A DNA stretch of 64,000 bases from Elusimicrobiota bacterium (GTDB taxonomy: Bacteria; Elusimicrobiota; Elusimicrobia; Elusimicrobiales; UBA9959). The stretch spans positions 32,001-96,000 of the forward strand of contig DAIENX010000007.1 of assembly GCA_027340875.1 (NCBI GenBank), written 5' to 3'. Made by a program: the position numbers and the translations under genes. A model generated the notes under the pieces. That model was given only the letters and a program-made list of their open reading frames with translations. It had not been told where the DNA came from and did no database searches. Each line of letters starts with the position of its first letter. Within the stretch, counting starts at the first letter, position 1. Below, piece after piece: positions 1 through 8,893 of the stretch.

Positions 1-1354
1 AGCAGCCGTCCAGGCAGGTGGAGCTGACCACCACCGGCACGCCGCTGGCCTTCTCGGCCTCGCCGGCCAGCTTCCGCACGTCCTCGCCCATAGCGTAAGG
101 TACGCAGCCGTTGGTCATGAAGATATAATCCGGCCTTCCTCCGGCCAGGTCCGCGGCGATATCCCTTATGCGGCCGCCGCTGCCGAGTATCACTTCCCCT
201 GTGCCCAGCGCGCTGGAGCTCCTGGTGGAGCCGGCTTCCGGGTGCAGCTCGCTGCCGGGCAGCAGGCTGGCGGGACCGCGCAGGAACGGGACCTTCTCGC
301 TCTCCTCCAGCCGCTCCTGGCTGTAGGCGCATTCCCTGTCCTCGTGGGCCAGGAAAGCCTGCCGCCCGGTGTAGCGTACCAGCCCGGTGCCGGAGAAGAC
401 GGCGTCCGAGAAGAAGCGGCGCCAGCCGTCGCCGGCGCCCGAGGGCGGCCTGGCGGGCGAGGAGATCTTGAAGGACGCCCCGCAGGCCTCCGGCGCGTGG
501 CAGGCAGCGGGCACGTCGGGCGGGGCGGCCGGAAGCACGCGCGGCTTCTTCCCGCGGCCGGAGAGCAGCGGCAGCAGTATCCTGCCGTCCACCGGCCGCG
601 GCAGGGAGCCGGCGGCATCGGAAGCGTCCAGGCCGGCCTTTATCCTCCTGACCGCCGCGGCGAAAGGCGAGCGCGGGGCCAGGCGCACCACCGCGGCCCC
701 GGCGGCTTCGGCCTCCCTGACCGCCGGGTCCAAAGGACAGCGGGCCAGTATGCCGGCCTTTATCAGCGCGGCGAACTTGTCCACGGCGCCGCCGCGGCCG
801 CCGTCCGCGCCGTTGGCCACCAGCCCCATCAGGCCGGCGCCGCTGCCGGCGTGCACGGTCATCGCGCGGGCTATGTTGTTGGCGGCGTAGAGTGACATCA
901 GGTCTTCCGAGACCACTATCAGCACCTTGCGCCCGAAGCCTTTTCTCAGCGGCACGGCGAAGCCGCCGCAGACTATGTCGCCCAGCACGTCGAAGATCAC
1001 CGCGTCGTAGTCGGCGGCCACCTTCTCGCGGGCGGATTCCAGCAGCTCGAAGGTCTTCAGCAGGCCCATGCCGGCGCAACCCTCTCCCGGAGCGGGGCCG
1101 CCGGCCTCCAGGCAGTCCACGCCCCTGCCTGTCCTGTAGATCAGCTTCTCCAGCGTCGGGCGGCCGCCGCGCAGCGCCTCCACCACGGTCGGGATGCCCT
1201 CGCCGCCTGTCAGCAGCAGCGCGGAATCGCTCTTCGGGTCGCAGCCCACGTGCAGGACCCGCTTGCCCTCCATGGCGTACAGCTCGCTGAGGTTGGCTGC
1301 TATGGTGGATTTGCCTATCCCGCCCTTGCCCAGGATGACGATGCGCTCAGACAT
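1..1354 (-). CDS. Nitrogenase Fe-protein (NifH/BchL/CfbC family) paralog fused to a nitrogenase component-1 (NifD/E/K-like) domain; 3' end outside the window
   Basis: Hand translation from ATG at 1354 gives MSERIVILGKGGIGKST, VGCDPKSDS, EAGGPAPGEGCAG, FDVLGDIVCGGFAVP and MSLYAANNI (Fe-protein motifs incl. both cluster Cys). The frame stays open through a Pro-rich linker into HEDREC...EVILGSGGRI...PDYIFMTNGCVPYAMGEDV...GVPVV. Not in the ORF track because there is no stop before position 1. Confidence 0.9.
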   Translation of the reverse strand, partial: MSERIVILGKGGIGKSTIAANLSELYAMEGKRVLHVGCDPKSDSALLLTGGEGIPTVVEALRGGRPTLEKLIYRTGRGVDCLEAGGPAPGEGCAGMGLLKTFELLESAREKVAADYDAVIFDVLGDIVCGGFAVPLRKGFGRKVLIVVSEDLMSLYAANNIARAMTVHAGSGAGLMGLVANGADGGRGGAVDKFAALIKAGILARCPLDPAVREAEAAGAAVVRLAPRSPFAAAVRRIKAGLDASDAAGSLPRPVDGRILLPLLSGRGKKPRVLPAAPPDVPAACHAPEACGASFKISSPARPPSGAGDGWRRFFSDAVFSGTGLVRYTGRQAFLAHEDRECAYSQERLEESEKVPFLRGPASLLPGSELHPEAGSTRSSSALGTGEVILGSGGRIRDIAADLAGGRPDYIFMTNGCVPYAMGEDVRKLAGEAEKASGVPVVVSSTCLDGC

Positions 1355-2366
1355 GTCCCACCGCCTCTCCCGCGGCCGGCCGGGCGCGCAGTATCCGGGC
1401 CGCGGCGGCCGCGGGGATGGGGCGCAGTTCGCCGTCGCCGAACCTGTCGAGGTAGGCCCCGAAGACCCCGGCGCAGCGGTCCGCCAGCGCGCAGCCCGAG
1501 CAGCGCTCCGTCCTCGTCCGCTTCAGCGGCGGGACCACGCTCTTCTTAACCGAGAGCACGTTCTCCTTCAGGTAGGAGCGCCCGCGCTCCAGCACGAGCC
1601 GCGGGGAGAAGAGCAGGTCGTTGGAGAAAGGGGCCAGCGGGCCCAGCGCGCAGAAAGGGGCCCCGGAGACGACCAGGCGGGCGCCGTTGGCGCGTATGGT
1701 CCCGGCGGCTGAACGCACGGCGCGCGCGAAGTCCGGCAGCCTCACGGTCAGGCTCCCGTAGGAGGAGCGCACGTTCCCCCACGGTATCAGCTGCGACATC
1801 ATGTAGACCCCCGGCCGGCCGCGGGAGAAGACGTACTTCGCTATGTCCGCCGTTCTCCCGGAGTTGAGGGAGCAGACCACGGTGTGGCACATGAACAGCT
1901 TGAGCTTCCCGAAGCGTTCCACGTTCGAAAAGACCTTTTCGACCGTGGAGAAGGCGGACGGCATCCGCGTGACGGCGCGCGCCAGTCCCTCTTCGTTCCA
2001 GTGCACAGAGAGGCAGAGTTCGTCGATGTCCGGCAGCAGCCGTGCCGCCGCCGCGGGGTCGGCCAGTCCCGTGCCGTCGGTGGTGACCTGCACCGAGTAG
2101 CCCAGCAGCTTGGCTATGCGCAGTATGCGCCCGAACTGCGGATGCACGGTGGGCTCCCCGCCCAGCAGCGTCAGGTGCCCGGCGCCGCCGCTCCGGAGCT
2201 TCTTCATTATCGAGCAGGCCTCCGCGAGCGGCATGAAGCCGCCGCCGGAGCGCAGGCTGCGCGCCTCGCAGCAGAAGACGCAGCGGCGGCGGCAGACCTT
2301 GGAGATCCGCAGCTCGGCCCGCTCCCCGGCGGCGCCGGGGGCGCTCAGTAGGTCCTCTCCGTGCAT
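1347..2366 (-). CDS. Radical SAM protein (HxsC-like) with C-terminal Cys cluster
   Basis: CRRRCVFC (CxxxCxxC), GGEPT, TTDG; C-terminal CSGCALADRCAG. Start is ATG 2366 or CTG 2348. Confidence 0.9.
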   Translation of the reverse strand: MHGEDLLSAPGAAGERAELRISKVCRRRCVFCCEARSLRSGGGFMPLAEACSIMKKLRSGGAGHLTLLGGEPTVHPQFGRILRIAKLLGYSVQVTTDGTGLADPAAAARLLPDIDELCLSVHWNEEGLARAVTRMPSAFSTVEKVFSNVERFGKLKLFMCHTVVCSLNSGRTADIAKYVFSRGRPGVYMMSQLIPWGNVRSSYGSLTVRLPDFARAVRSAAGTIRANGARLVVSGAPFCALGPLAPFSNDLLFSPRLVLERGRSYLKENVLSVKKSVVPPLKRTRTERCSGCALADRCAGVFGAYLDRFGDGELRPIPAAAAARILRARPAAGEAVGHV

Positions 2367-3076
2367 ATGTTGTACTTCACGTAATTGGGCGCGCGGTCCT
2401 CGCGCACCCGGCTGTCCACGGCCCGCTGCTTCCGCGGCCTGGCCCCGTCCGGCCTGAGCGCGGCGTAGTCCACGTGCGTGTCCGTCTCGTTCTCCTTGAG
2501 GTCCCAGACCGCGCATTTCAGCCCGAGCGCCATCATCCCGGAGACGGTCTCCTTTATCCTGCCCTGGTTGGCCTTCAGGCGCAGCGTGTGCATCTCTATC
2601 CTAGTGCCGGGAAAGGACTTTATGTTCTTTATGGCCTTCAGCAGGGCCGCGTAGCTGCCTTTCTTCCTGGTCACGGCGTCGTGCACGGCCGCGTCCGGCC
2701 CGTAGACCGGCAGCAGGAAGGCGTTGACCCCGGCCGCGACCAGCGCGGCCGTCAGCCGGCGGCTGCGCAGCTTGACGCCGTTCGACATCAGCTCTATATA
2801 GGCGAAGCCTTCCTTCACTCCCATCCTGACCACGGACTCCAGCAGCCACGCGGGGGCCATCGTGGGCTCGTCGCCGCCGAGGCAGAGCCGCCTGACTCCG
2901 CGCCGGCGGAGCACCCGCATCAGCGCGAGGAAGCGTATCAGCACCTCGCGCCACCGCTCCTCGGTGAAGGTGAAGGAGGTCTTGTGCGGGTGCCTGTTCC
3001 GCTGGCAGAAGACGCAGTCGATGTCGCAGCCGAACGGGAACGCCAGCAGCAGCTTGTCCTCCTTCCTGGCGTTCAT
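2345..3076 (-). CDS. Short radical SAM protein (243 aa) without a C-terminal auxiliary Cys motif
   Basis: CDIDCVFC, GDEPT, MSNG, HDAVT; GGAGG RBS and ATGA overlap with the upstream stop at 3073-3076. Confidence 0.9.
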   Translation of the reverse strand: MNARKEDKLLLAFPFGCDIDCVFCQRNRHPHKTSFTFTEERWREVLIRFLALMRVLRRRGVRRLCLGGDEPTMAPAWLLESVVRMGVKEGFAYIELMSNGVKLRSRRLTAALVAAGVNAFLLPVYGPDAAVHDAVTRKKGSYAALLKAIKNIKSFPGTRIEMHTLRLKANQGRIKETVSGMMALGLKCAVWDLKENETDTHVDYAALRPDGARPRKQRAVDSRVREDRAPNYVKYNICTERTY

Positions 3077-4059
3077 GCGGCCTTCACCTCCGTTATGGGA
3101 CGGAAGAAAGGGGCCTGCTCCGGGAAGGCCTCGAGATACTTCCGGAAGATGCCTCCGCAGGAGCGCCGCAGCGCGCAGCGGCCGCAGGACTTCAGATAGA
3201 CGCGCCGCCGCGTCGGGCGCAGCGAGACCGTCTCCTTCAGGCCGGCGCGCCCGCCGGGGAGCGCCGCCCTCTCCACGGTCAGCCGCGGCGAGTAGTAGAG
3301 GTCGTTGGAAAGGTCGTAATGACCGTTCAGCGAACAGGCCGGCGCGCCGAAGAAGCGCAGCGTCACGCCGAACAGCGCGGCCTGCTCCCGCAGGTCCCCT
3401 ATGCGCCGGCCTATGGCGGTGAGGTCCGGAGCCAGCGAGGCGTAGTCCTCGCAGGCGCCGCCCTCCGGGGCCGGGTTGGAGATCATGTAATGCCGGACGA
3501 ACCCAGAGCGGGAGACCAGGCGCAGGATGTCCGAGACCAGCTTGAAGTTCTTTTTGACGGCCACGGTGTTGACCATCAGGAACAGCCTGCCGCCGCCGGC
3601 CTTGCCCAGGTTGTCCAGCGCGGCCATGGCGTCGTCGAAGCTGCCCTTCCTGCCGGTCAGCGCGTCGTGTATCTTGGCCGTAGGTCCGTGGCAGGAGAGC
3701 ATGGCCTCGTCCAGCAGCGGCGCGGTACGGCGGACGAAAGCGGGATCGGCGAAGGCGAGGCCGTTGGTGGTGACGCTGGTCCTGAACCCAAGCGCCCTGG
3801 CCGCACCGAGGGCGGCCGGCAGCGCGGCGCACAACGACGGCTCTCCTCCGGTGAAAGTGACGTGGGAGAAGCCGGCCCTGCGTTTCTCGCGCAGGATGCC
3901 TGCTATCTCCGACCCCGTCAGGTCCAGCGAGCCGAACCGGCGCAGCCTGTTCCGCTCGCTGCAGAACAGACAGCTGTTCTCGCAGGTGTAGGAAACGTGT
4001 ATCTCCAGCCGCTCCACCGCGGCTTTCTTCGCTCCAGCGCCGTGTACCGTTCGGCTCAT
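3073..4059 (-). CDS. Radical SAM protein (HxsC-like) with C-terminal Cys cluster
   Basis: CENSCLFC, FTGGEPS, TTNG, HDALT; C-terminal CGRCALRRSCGG; ATGA overlap at 4056-4059. Confidence 0.92.
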   Translation of the reverse strand: MSRTVHGAGAKKAAVERLEIHVSYTCENSCLFCSERNRLRRFGSLDLTGSEIAGILREKRRAGFSHVTFTGGEPSLCAALPAALGAARALGFRTSVTTNGLAFADPAFVRRTAPLLDEAMLSCHGPTAKIHDALTGRKGSFDDAMAALDNLGKAGGGRLFLMVNTVAVKKNFKLVSDILRLVSRSGFVRHYMISNPAPEGGACEDYASLAPDLTAIGRRIGDLREQAALFGVTLRFFGAPACSLNGHYDLSNDLYYSPRLTVERAALPGGRAGLKETVSLRPTRRRVYLKSCGRCALRRSCGGIFRKYLEAFPEQAPFFRPITEVKAA

Positions 4060-5183
4060 GCGACGCACCTCCCGGAACGGACCGGCTTCAACGCCGAGAA
4101 ACCCCTGGCCATCACGGTCCATATCCTGGCTCCGCGGCAGGCCGGGCCCAGCCGGCAGCGTCGGCAGGCGGAACCCTTCACGGTCAGCCTCTCCGCTATG
4201 AAGAACTCGGCCACCTTCATCAGGCCGGCCCTTGGCGTTATCTTTTTCACGGCCCTCCGCTTCTCCGGCAGGCAGGCCGGCGCCGGGACCGTCTTAAGGG
4301 AACCTTCCGCCCGCAGCAGCTCGAGGTCCGAGCAGAACTGTGCCATCACGCAGGACGCGCACCGCGCCCCCTTGCAGTGCATCTCCTCTCCGGCGTACAG
4401 GAAGGCCTCCAGCGGCCGGCGCATCCCCCGCACCTCGTCCATCAGCTTGCCGGGGTGCTGTATATACCGCTCGTTGCCCTCCAGCACTGCGGCGGGGAAG
4501 CGGTTCGTCCAGACGTGGGCGTTGACGGATTCGGAGAAGCGGAACACCTTTTCCAGCACCTTCCTCTTGGAAGCCGGGTCATAGGAAAGTTTCTTCCAGT
4601 TCTCCCACGCCCTGCCGAAAGGTATCAGGTTCAGCAGGTCGTACTCGTCCACGCCGAGGCGGTGCAGCAGGCCGACTATCTCGCGGACGGAGTCGGCGTT
4701 AAGCCTGTTCACCACGATGTCGCTGCTGACTATCAGGCCCGGCACCTTCTTGGCGTTGGCGATGGCCAGCAGGGTCTGCGCGAAAGCGCCGGGGACCCCG
4801 ACCAGCGCGTCGTGCTGCCCGGAGGTGGCCCCGTGCACGGAGAACGTTATCTCGGTGAGCCCGGCGGCCACAGCGCGCTTCAGAAAGCCATCGTAGCAGA
4901 ACATCCGCCCGTTGCTGATGGCCTGCACGTGGGTATAGCCGAGCTTCCTCGCCTTCGCCACTATGGCCGTGAATTTGGGGTGTATCGTGGGCTCTCCGCC
5001 GCTCAGCACCACCCGGCGGCAGCCCTCCGCCCGGCCCCGCCTCAGGTCGGCCTCTATCTCTCCGAGCGGCAGATGTTCGCCGCAGATGGAGTCCGCGTCC
5101 AGACAGAAAAGGCAGCGGTTGTTGCAGGCCCTGGTCAGCCTGACCCATTTCCGCTTTTCCGGGGCGGCGGTTCTTTCCGTCAT
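4056..5183 (-). CDS. Radical SAM protein (HxsC-like) with two C-terminal Cys clusters
   Basis: WVRLTRACNNRCLFCLD, SGGEPT, ISNG; C-terminal CKGARCASCVMAQFC and CRRCRLGPACRG; ATG at 5183. Confidence 0.92.
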   Translation of the reverse strand: MTERTAAPEKRKWVRLTRACNNRCLFCLDADSICGEHLPLGEIEADLRRGRAEGCRRVVLSGGEPTIHPKFTAIVAKARKLGYTHVQAISNGRMFCYDGFLKRAVAAGLTEITFSVHGATSGQHDALVGVPGAFAQTLLAIANAKKVPGLIVSSDIVVNRLNADSVREIVGLLHRLGVDEYDLLNLIPFGRAWENWKKLSYDPASKRKVLEKVFRFSESVNAHVWTNRFPAAVLEGNERYIQHPGKLMDEVRGMRRPLEAFLYAGEEMHCKGARCASCVMAQFCSDLELLRAEGSLKTVPAPACLPEKRRAVKKITPRAGLMKVAEFFIAERLTVKGSACRRCRLGPACRGARIWTVMARGFSALKPVRSGRCVA

Positions 5184-5187
5184 AGTT

Positions 5188-6135
5188 CTATCCAAGAAGT
5201 ATCCTCTCTGCCAGCCTGTCCGCGGCCATCCCGCCGGCCACGGCCTTGGCCCCGAAAAGCTTCTTCGCCATGCCGGAGTAATCAGGACGGCGTCCGCTCC
5301 CGGCGCCCAGAGCCTCCAGCCCGCCGGCCAGCATCTGCGCGGCCTGGCCCGGGTCCCTCGCGGCAAGGACGAGGTTGGAGTGATAGCACCTGCCGTCAGT
5401 GTCCACCGTGGTCCCGGGATTGAAAAGCGGCACCGGGCCTTCGCGCGAGGCGTTCTCGATGACAACGGCCCCGGAATCGGCCAGTTCCCTGATATGCCTC
5501 AGCGCCCTGGCGAGCTTGGCGAGGGCGGCCGGCGTCCATTCCCGGTAATAGGCCGGCAGGACGTTGACCCTGGGCGGTCGTCCGCGCGAAGCGGCTATCA
5601 CGCGCTTCAGGACCCCGAGCGAAGAAAGCGGGTCGCGCTCGGGCAGCAGCAGGTTCCAGATCAGGTTGGGCAGGGCCGCGAACCTGCGGCTGACGCTCAC
5701 CGAGGAGTTAATGTTCACCTGCACCCACGGCCGGGCCGAGAAATACCGGAGCTTCGCCGCGTCCAGCAGCAGGCCGTTCGTGCCCACCTCCGCGCGGCCG
5801 CGGTAGCCGGCCGCCTCCAGCATGCCTATGCCAGTCCTCACCAGCCCGAAGCGCAGCAGCGGCTCCCCGCCGAAAAACTTGACCGCGCCGCCCCCCAGGG
5901 CGGCGGAACAATACTGCTTTATAGCGCTTTTCAGGACCGCCGCGGGCATGTCCGCCCGCCCGGTCGCGACGGGACATTCGGGGCACGCCGACTGGCAGCG
6001 CCGGGTGAGGATAAGGGTCAGCTGCGGGGCCGGCGCGCCCCCGCGGCAGGCCGGAAGGGCCGAGTTACTGGCCCTTCGCCGGTTCCTTTCCTTTGGTCTG
6101 CTTGCCCTGCGGCTGTACGCCCATCCTCTTGTCAT
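5188..6135 (-). CDS. Radical SAM protein, start codon uncertain
   Basis: LTRRCQSACPEC, FFGGEPLL, GTNGLLL; the ATG at 6135 lies inside the upstream gene, so the true start may be later. Confidence 0.8.
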   Translation of the reverse strand: MTRGWAYSRRASRPKERNRRRASNSALPACRGGAPAPQLTLILTRRCQSACPECPVATGRADMPAAVLKSAIKQYCSAALGGGAVKFFGGEPLLRFGLVRTGIGMLEAAGYRGRAEVGTNGLLLDAAKLRYFSARPWVQVNINSSVSVSRRFAALPNLIWNLLLPERDPLSSLGVLKRVIAASRGRPPRVNVLPAYYREWTPAALAKLARALRHIRELADSGAVVIENASREGPVPLFNPGTTVDTDGRCYHSNLVLAARDPGQAAQMLAGGLEALGAGSGRRPDYSGMAKKLFGAKAVAGGMAADRLAERILLG

Positions 6136-7114
6136 CTTCAGCCTTCTGCTTTACCATGTCGGCCATTATCTTGTGGCGGAACGAGCTCGTGCAGTAGCCG
6201 GTGGCGAGCTTCTTGGCCAAAGGTGCGCAAACCGACGGGTCCCTGGACTGCAGCACGTGGAGCAGCCATTTCTCGTCCGGGGTGGAATCCCCCCTCACCA
6301 GCGCGGCGCTGAGCTGGCATTCTTTCTTCCGCGGGCCGCTCAGTTTGCCGCAGGCCGCCCGCCCGTTGATGAACAGGAAGTTGGATTCGCAGTTGGGCGG
6401 CAGACCGAGCGAGCGGCACTCCGGGGTCCGCCTCTTCGCGATAGAGTCGGTAATGAACCGACAGAAGTCGGGGCTGGGACGCCCCCCCCTGAACGCGTTG
6501 TTAACGAACTTCTCGCATTTCCCGTCGTTCGTCTTCCTGTTCAGGGCCGAATACATGAAATCGTAGTAATCGGCGGCGAAACAGACCCTCTCCAGGTTCT
6601 GCTGGACGCAGTCGAGACGGCCACCGCTGATAAGCCGGCAGACGCCGTAGTCCAGGAAGAGATCGAGTATAGTCTCATCCTCGGGCATGTTGCTGTTGGT
6701 ATTGAAGAAGAACCGGAAGTTCTTGTCGAAATGCCTGACGATAGCGTCCGGGTTGTCCGAGAAGGCCTTTATACAGTCGCTGTCGGCCGCGTTCACCGGG
6801 ACGTCCTCTGGCTGGGAATAATACCCGCCGGAGGCGCTTTCGTACTGGCCGCTCTGGGGGATATTGCTCTGGGTATCGGTCGACGCCTGGCTGACCAGCG
6901 CGGCGGCGTCCGGAGGAAGCGCCTGGCCGACCTCCTGTTGCTGGGCCGCGGGGTAGGCCGGAGCCGCCGGCTGCTCGATGCCTATCTTCGCGGCGTTCCT
7001 GTCGGTGACCATCTTCAGGGCGAAAAGCACGCCCATCAGCGCCACCAGCAGGCCGATAAGCAGCTTCGGGGACATCGCCCCGGGTCTGTAGCCTTTCCTC
7101 ATCGCGCTCACCAT
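6065..7114 (-). CDS. Membrane-anchored, Cys-rich (12 Cys) hypothetical protein, probably extracytoplasmic
   Basis: N-terminal hydrophobic segment LLIGLLVALMGVLFAL, Q/P/A-rich linker, 12 spaced Cys and no CxxCH; start overlaps the precursor stop. Confidence 0.8.
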   Translation of the reverse strand: MVSAMRKGYRPGAMSPKLLIGLLVALMGVLFALKMVTDRNAAKIGIEQPAAPAYPAAQQQEVGQALPPDAAALVSQASTDTQSNIPQSGQYESASGGYYSQPEDVPVNAADSDCIKAFSDNPDAIVRHFDKNFRFFFNTNSNMPEDETILDLFLDYGVCRLISGGRLDCVQQNLERVCFAADYYDFMYSALNRKTNDGKCEKFVNNAFRGGRPSPDFCRFITDSIAKRRTPECRSLGLPPNCESNFLFINGRAACGKLSGPRKKECQLSAALVRGDSTPDEKWLLHVLQSRDPSVCAPLAKKLATGYCTSSFRHKIMADMVKQKAEDDKRMGVQPQGKQTKGKEPAKGQ

Positions 7115-7404
7115 TGCCCGTGGCTGCCGTGCGAACCGTGCGAACCGTGCGAGCCGTGGCTGCTGTGCGAACCGTGCGAACCGTGCGAGGCGTGACTCAC
7201 GTGGCCCGACGCGTTGCCGCTGCTGTGGAAGTAGTTTGCATGCGCTAGCGCGTCAGCGTGCTCTGTCACCACTCCGACGGCGGTGGCTACCAGTCCGAGG
7301 ACGACCGCGGCCTTGACCACGTCGCTCTTGACTATCTTGCCCTCCTCGCTCGAAAGGAAGCGGGAAAGGTCTACCGACAGTTTCTTTTTCTGTTTTCCGG
7401 CCAT
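7108..7404 (-). CDS. hxsA: His-Xaa-Ser repeat precursor peptide (HxsA-like), 98 aa
   Basis: C-terminus HVS-HAS-HGS-HGS-HSS-HGS-HGS-HGS-HGS-HGQW; basic plus hydrophobic leader; directly downstream of an HxsB-like radical SAM gene. Confidence 0.9.
   Translation of the reverse strand: MAGKQKKKLSVDLSRFLSSEEGKIVKSDVVKAAVVLGLVATAVGVVTEHADALAHANYFHSSGNASGHVSHASHGSHGSHSSHGSHGSHGSHGSHGQW
7123..7203 (-). repeat. Nine tandem 9-bp units encoding the His-Xaa-Ser array
   Basis: Degenerate cgaaccgtg units on the + strand. Confidence 0.9.
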
Positions 7405-7423
7405 ATTTCGCCCCGTTCTCGGT

Positions 7424-8893
7424 CTATACGTGTATCCCGGCCGCTCCGGCGCTGCTGCCGGCCCAGGATTCGAACAGCTTCCTAACCTTCGGCTCGCGCA
7501 GCCGCGCGAACAGGTAGTCCATCACTCCGGTGTAGATCTCGCACCGGAAGTTGGGATGATGCATGTACAGGTCGTTGTGCTCCGAATAGTTGAAGACCGG
7601 GCATACGCCGCAGTAGGGCTTGTAGACGCAGGAGGAGCAGAGCGTCTGTATGTCCGTGACCGACGCGGTGACCACGCATTTCACCACTGAGCTCGACGCC
7701 AGGTCCGCGTAGGTCTCCTTCTTCAGGTCGCCCATGCAGAACGAATCGGTCCCCTCCGCCGCCAGCATGCGCCCCTCGTCGCAGGTGAAGACGCGGCCGT
7801 CGTAGTCGTAGGCGATCTGGCCTATCCCCGCCCCGCAGGGGGACCGGAGGTCCATGAAGTTCGGGTCGGTGCCGGTCAGGATCTTCCTCAGGAATATCCT
7901 GGCCGTGTGCTCGACCAGGGAGGCCTTCTTCTTCAGGTTCAGCTCTATGATGTAGTCCAGCGCCTTCGTGTAGAACTCTATGTACTCCCGCGCCGTGTAG
8001 CCTATCCCAGGCCAGGCCTTCTTCGCCGCGCCGAACGGATTGAGGAAGCGCAGGAAGATGGAGCGGGCGCCGATGCGGACGTATTCGTCCACTATGTCCT
8101 TGTGGCGCCCCAGGGACTGCTGCGTCACCGTGAGCAGGGCGTCCGGCCCGTTCTTGGTCCTGGCCGTGCGCTTCTTGATGGTCTTCCACCACTTCACGAC
8201 CTGGGCGTGGCTGCTGCCGCCGGTGGCCACCCGGTTCTTGTCGTGCAGGTCGGCGGGACCGTCCAGCGAGGTGCAGATGGCGACGTTGTGCTTGAGCAGG
8301 AAGTTCAGCCTCTCTCCGGTCATGGCCGACAGGTTGGTGACCAGGCTCAGGCTCACCTTCTTATCGAAGGTCTTCGTGCGGGCGGCGGCCTCGTTGACCA
8401 CGAACTCCAGCACGGGCCAGTTGAGCAGCGGCTCCCCGCCCTGGAACTCTATGGTGATGTTGTCGGCCGGGGAAGCGAAGATGGCGTCCAGCACCCTGGA
8501 GGCCGTCTCCCTGTTCATGTCCAGGCCGCGGCCGCTCCTCTTGGACGAGGCGTGGCAATACACGCAGTCGTGGTTGCAGCGCCGCGTCAGCACGGCTATG
8601 TGCAGCGCCGGGCCGGAGAAGAGGAAATGGTTCTTCTCGAGCCACCTCTCGGCCAGGCCGGAAAAGTCCATGTAGTCGCGGACGAGGCCCTTGCGGGAGA
8701 GGTCCTTGTACTCAGCCGAGTCCTTGTCCAGCTTGCCGGCCGCCAGCCGCGAGAAGACATCGCCGGAGATGAAGGCGTGCTCGCCTATGTCGTTGGTGAC
8801 CAGGTATTCGTCGCCCCACTTCTTGTAGCGCAGAAAACCGGTCTTCTTCGGGTCGAAGTCAATTCTTTCTTTTTGCTTTTCTGGCCTTCGCAT
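7424..8893 (-). CDS. hxsB: His-Xaa-Ser system radical SAM/SPASM maturase HxsB
   Basis: CNHDCVYC, IEFQGGEPLLN, TSLDGP; SPASM-type DLRSPCGAG...TCDEGRM...CSSCVYKPYCGVCP...C; lies between the HxsD-like and HxsA-like genes. Confidence 0.9.
   Translation of the reverse strand: MRRPEKQKERIDFDPKKTGFLRYKKWGDEYLVTNDIGEHAFISGDVFSRLAAGKLDKDSAEYKDLSRKGLVRDYMDFSGLAERWLEKNHFLFSGPALHIAVLTRRCNHDCVYCHASSKRSGRGLDMNRETASRVLDAIFASPADNITIEFQGGEPLLNWPVLEFVVNEAAARTKTFDKKVSLSLVTNLSAMTGERLNFLLKHNVAICTSLDGPADLHDKNRVATGGSSHAQVVKWWKTIKKRTARTKNGPDALLTVTQQSLGRHKDIVDEYVRIGARSIFLRFLNPFGAAKKAWPGIGYTAREYIEFYTKALDYIIELNLKKKASLVEHTARIFLRKILTGTDPNFMDLRSPCGAGIGQIAYDYDGRVFTCDEGRMLAAEGTDSFCMGDLKKETYADLASSSVVKCVVTASVTDIQTLCSSCVYKPYCGVCPVFNYSEHNDLYMHHPNFRCEIYTGVMDYLFARLREPKVRKLFESWAGSSAGAAGIHV

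Noticed and set aside
1..1354. Evidence of true nitrogen fixation (nifH)
   Set aside because: The Fe-protein is divergent and fused, sits in an hxs/radical SAM operon, and no nifDK/EN/B genes are visible in the window; treated as a paralog.
7123..7203. CRISPR-like or non-coding tandem repeat, or the + strand CEPCEP ORF
   Set aside because: The 9-bp units have no spacers and vary at synonymous or Xaa positions of the minus-strand His-Xaa-Ser frame.
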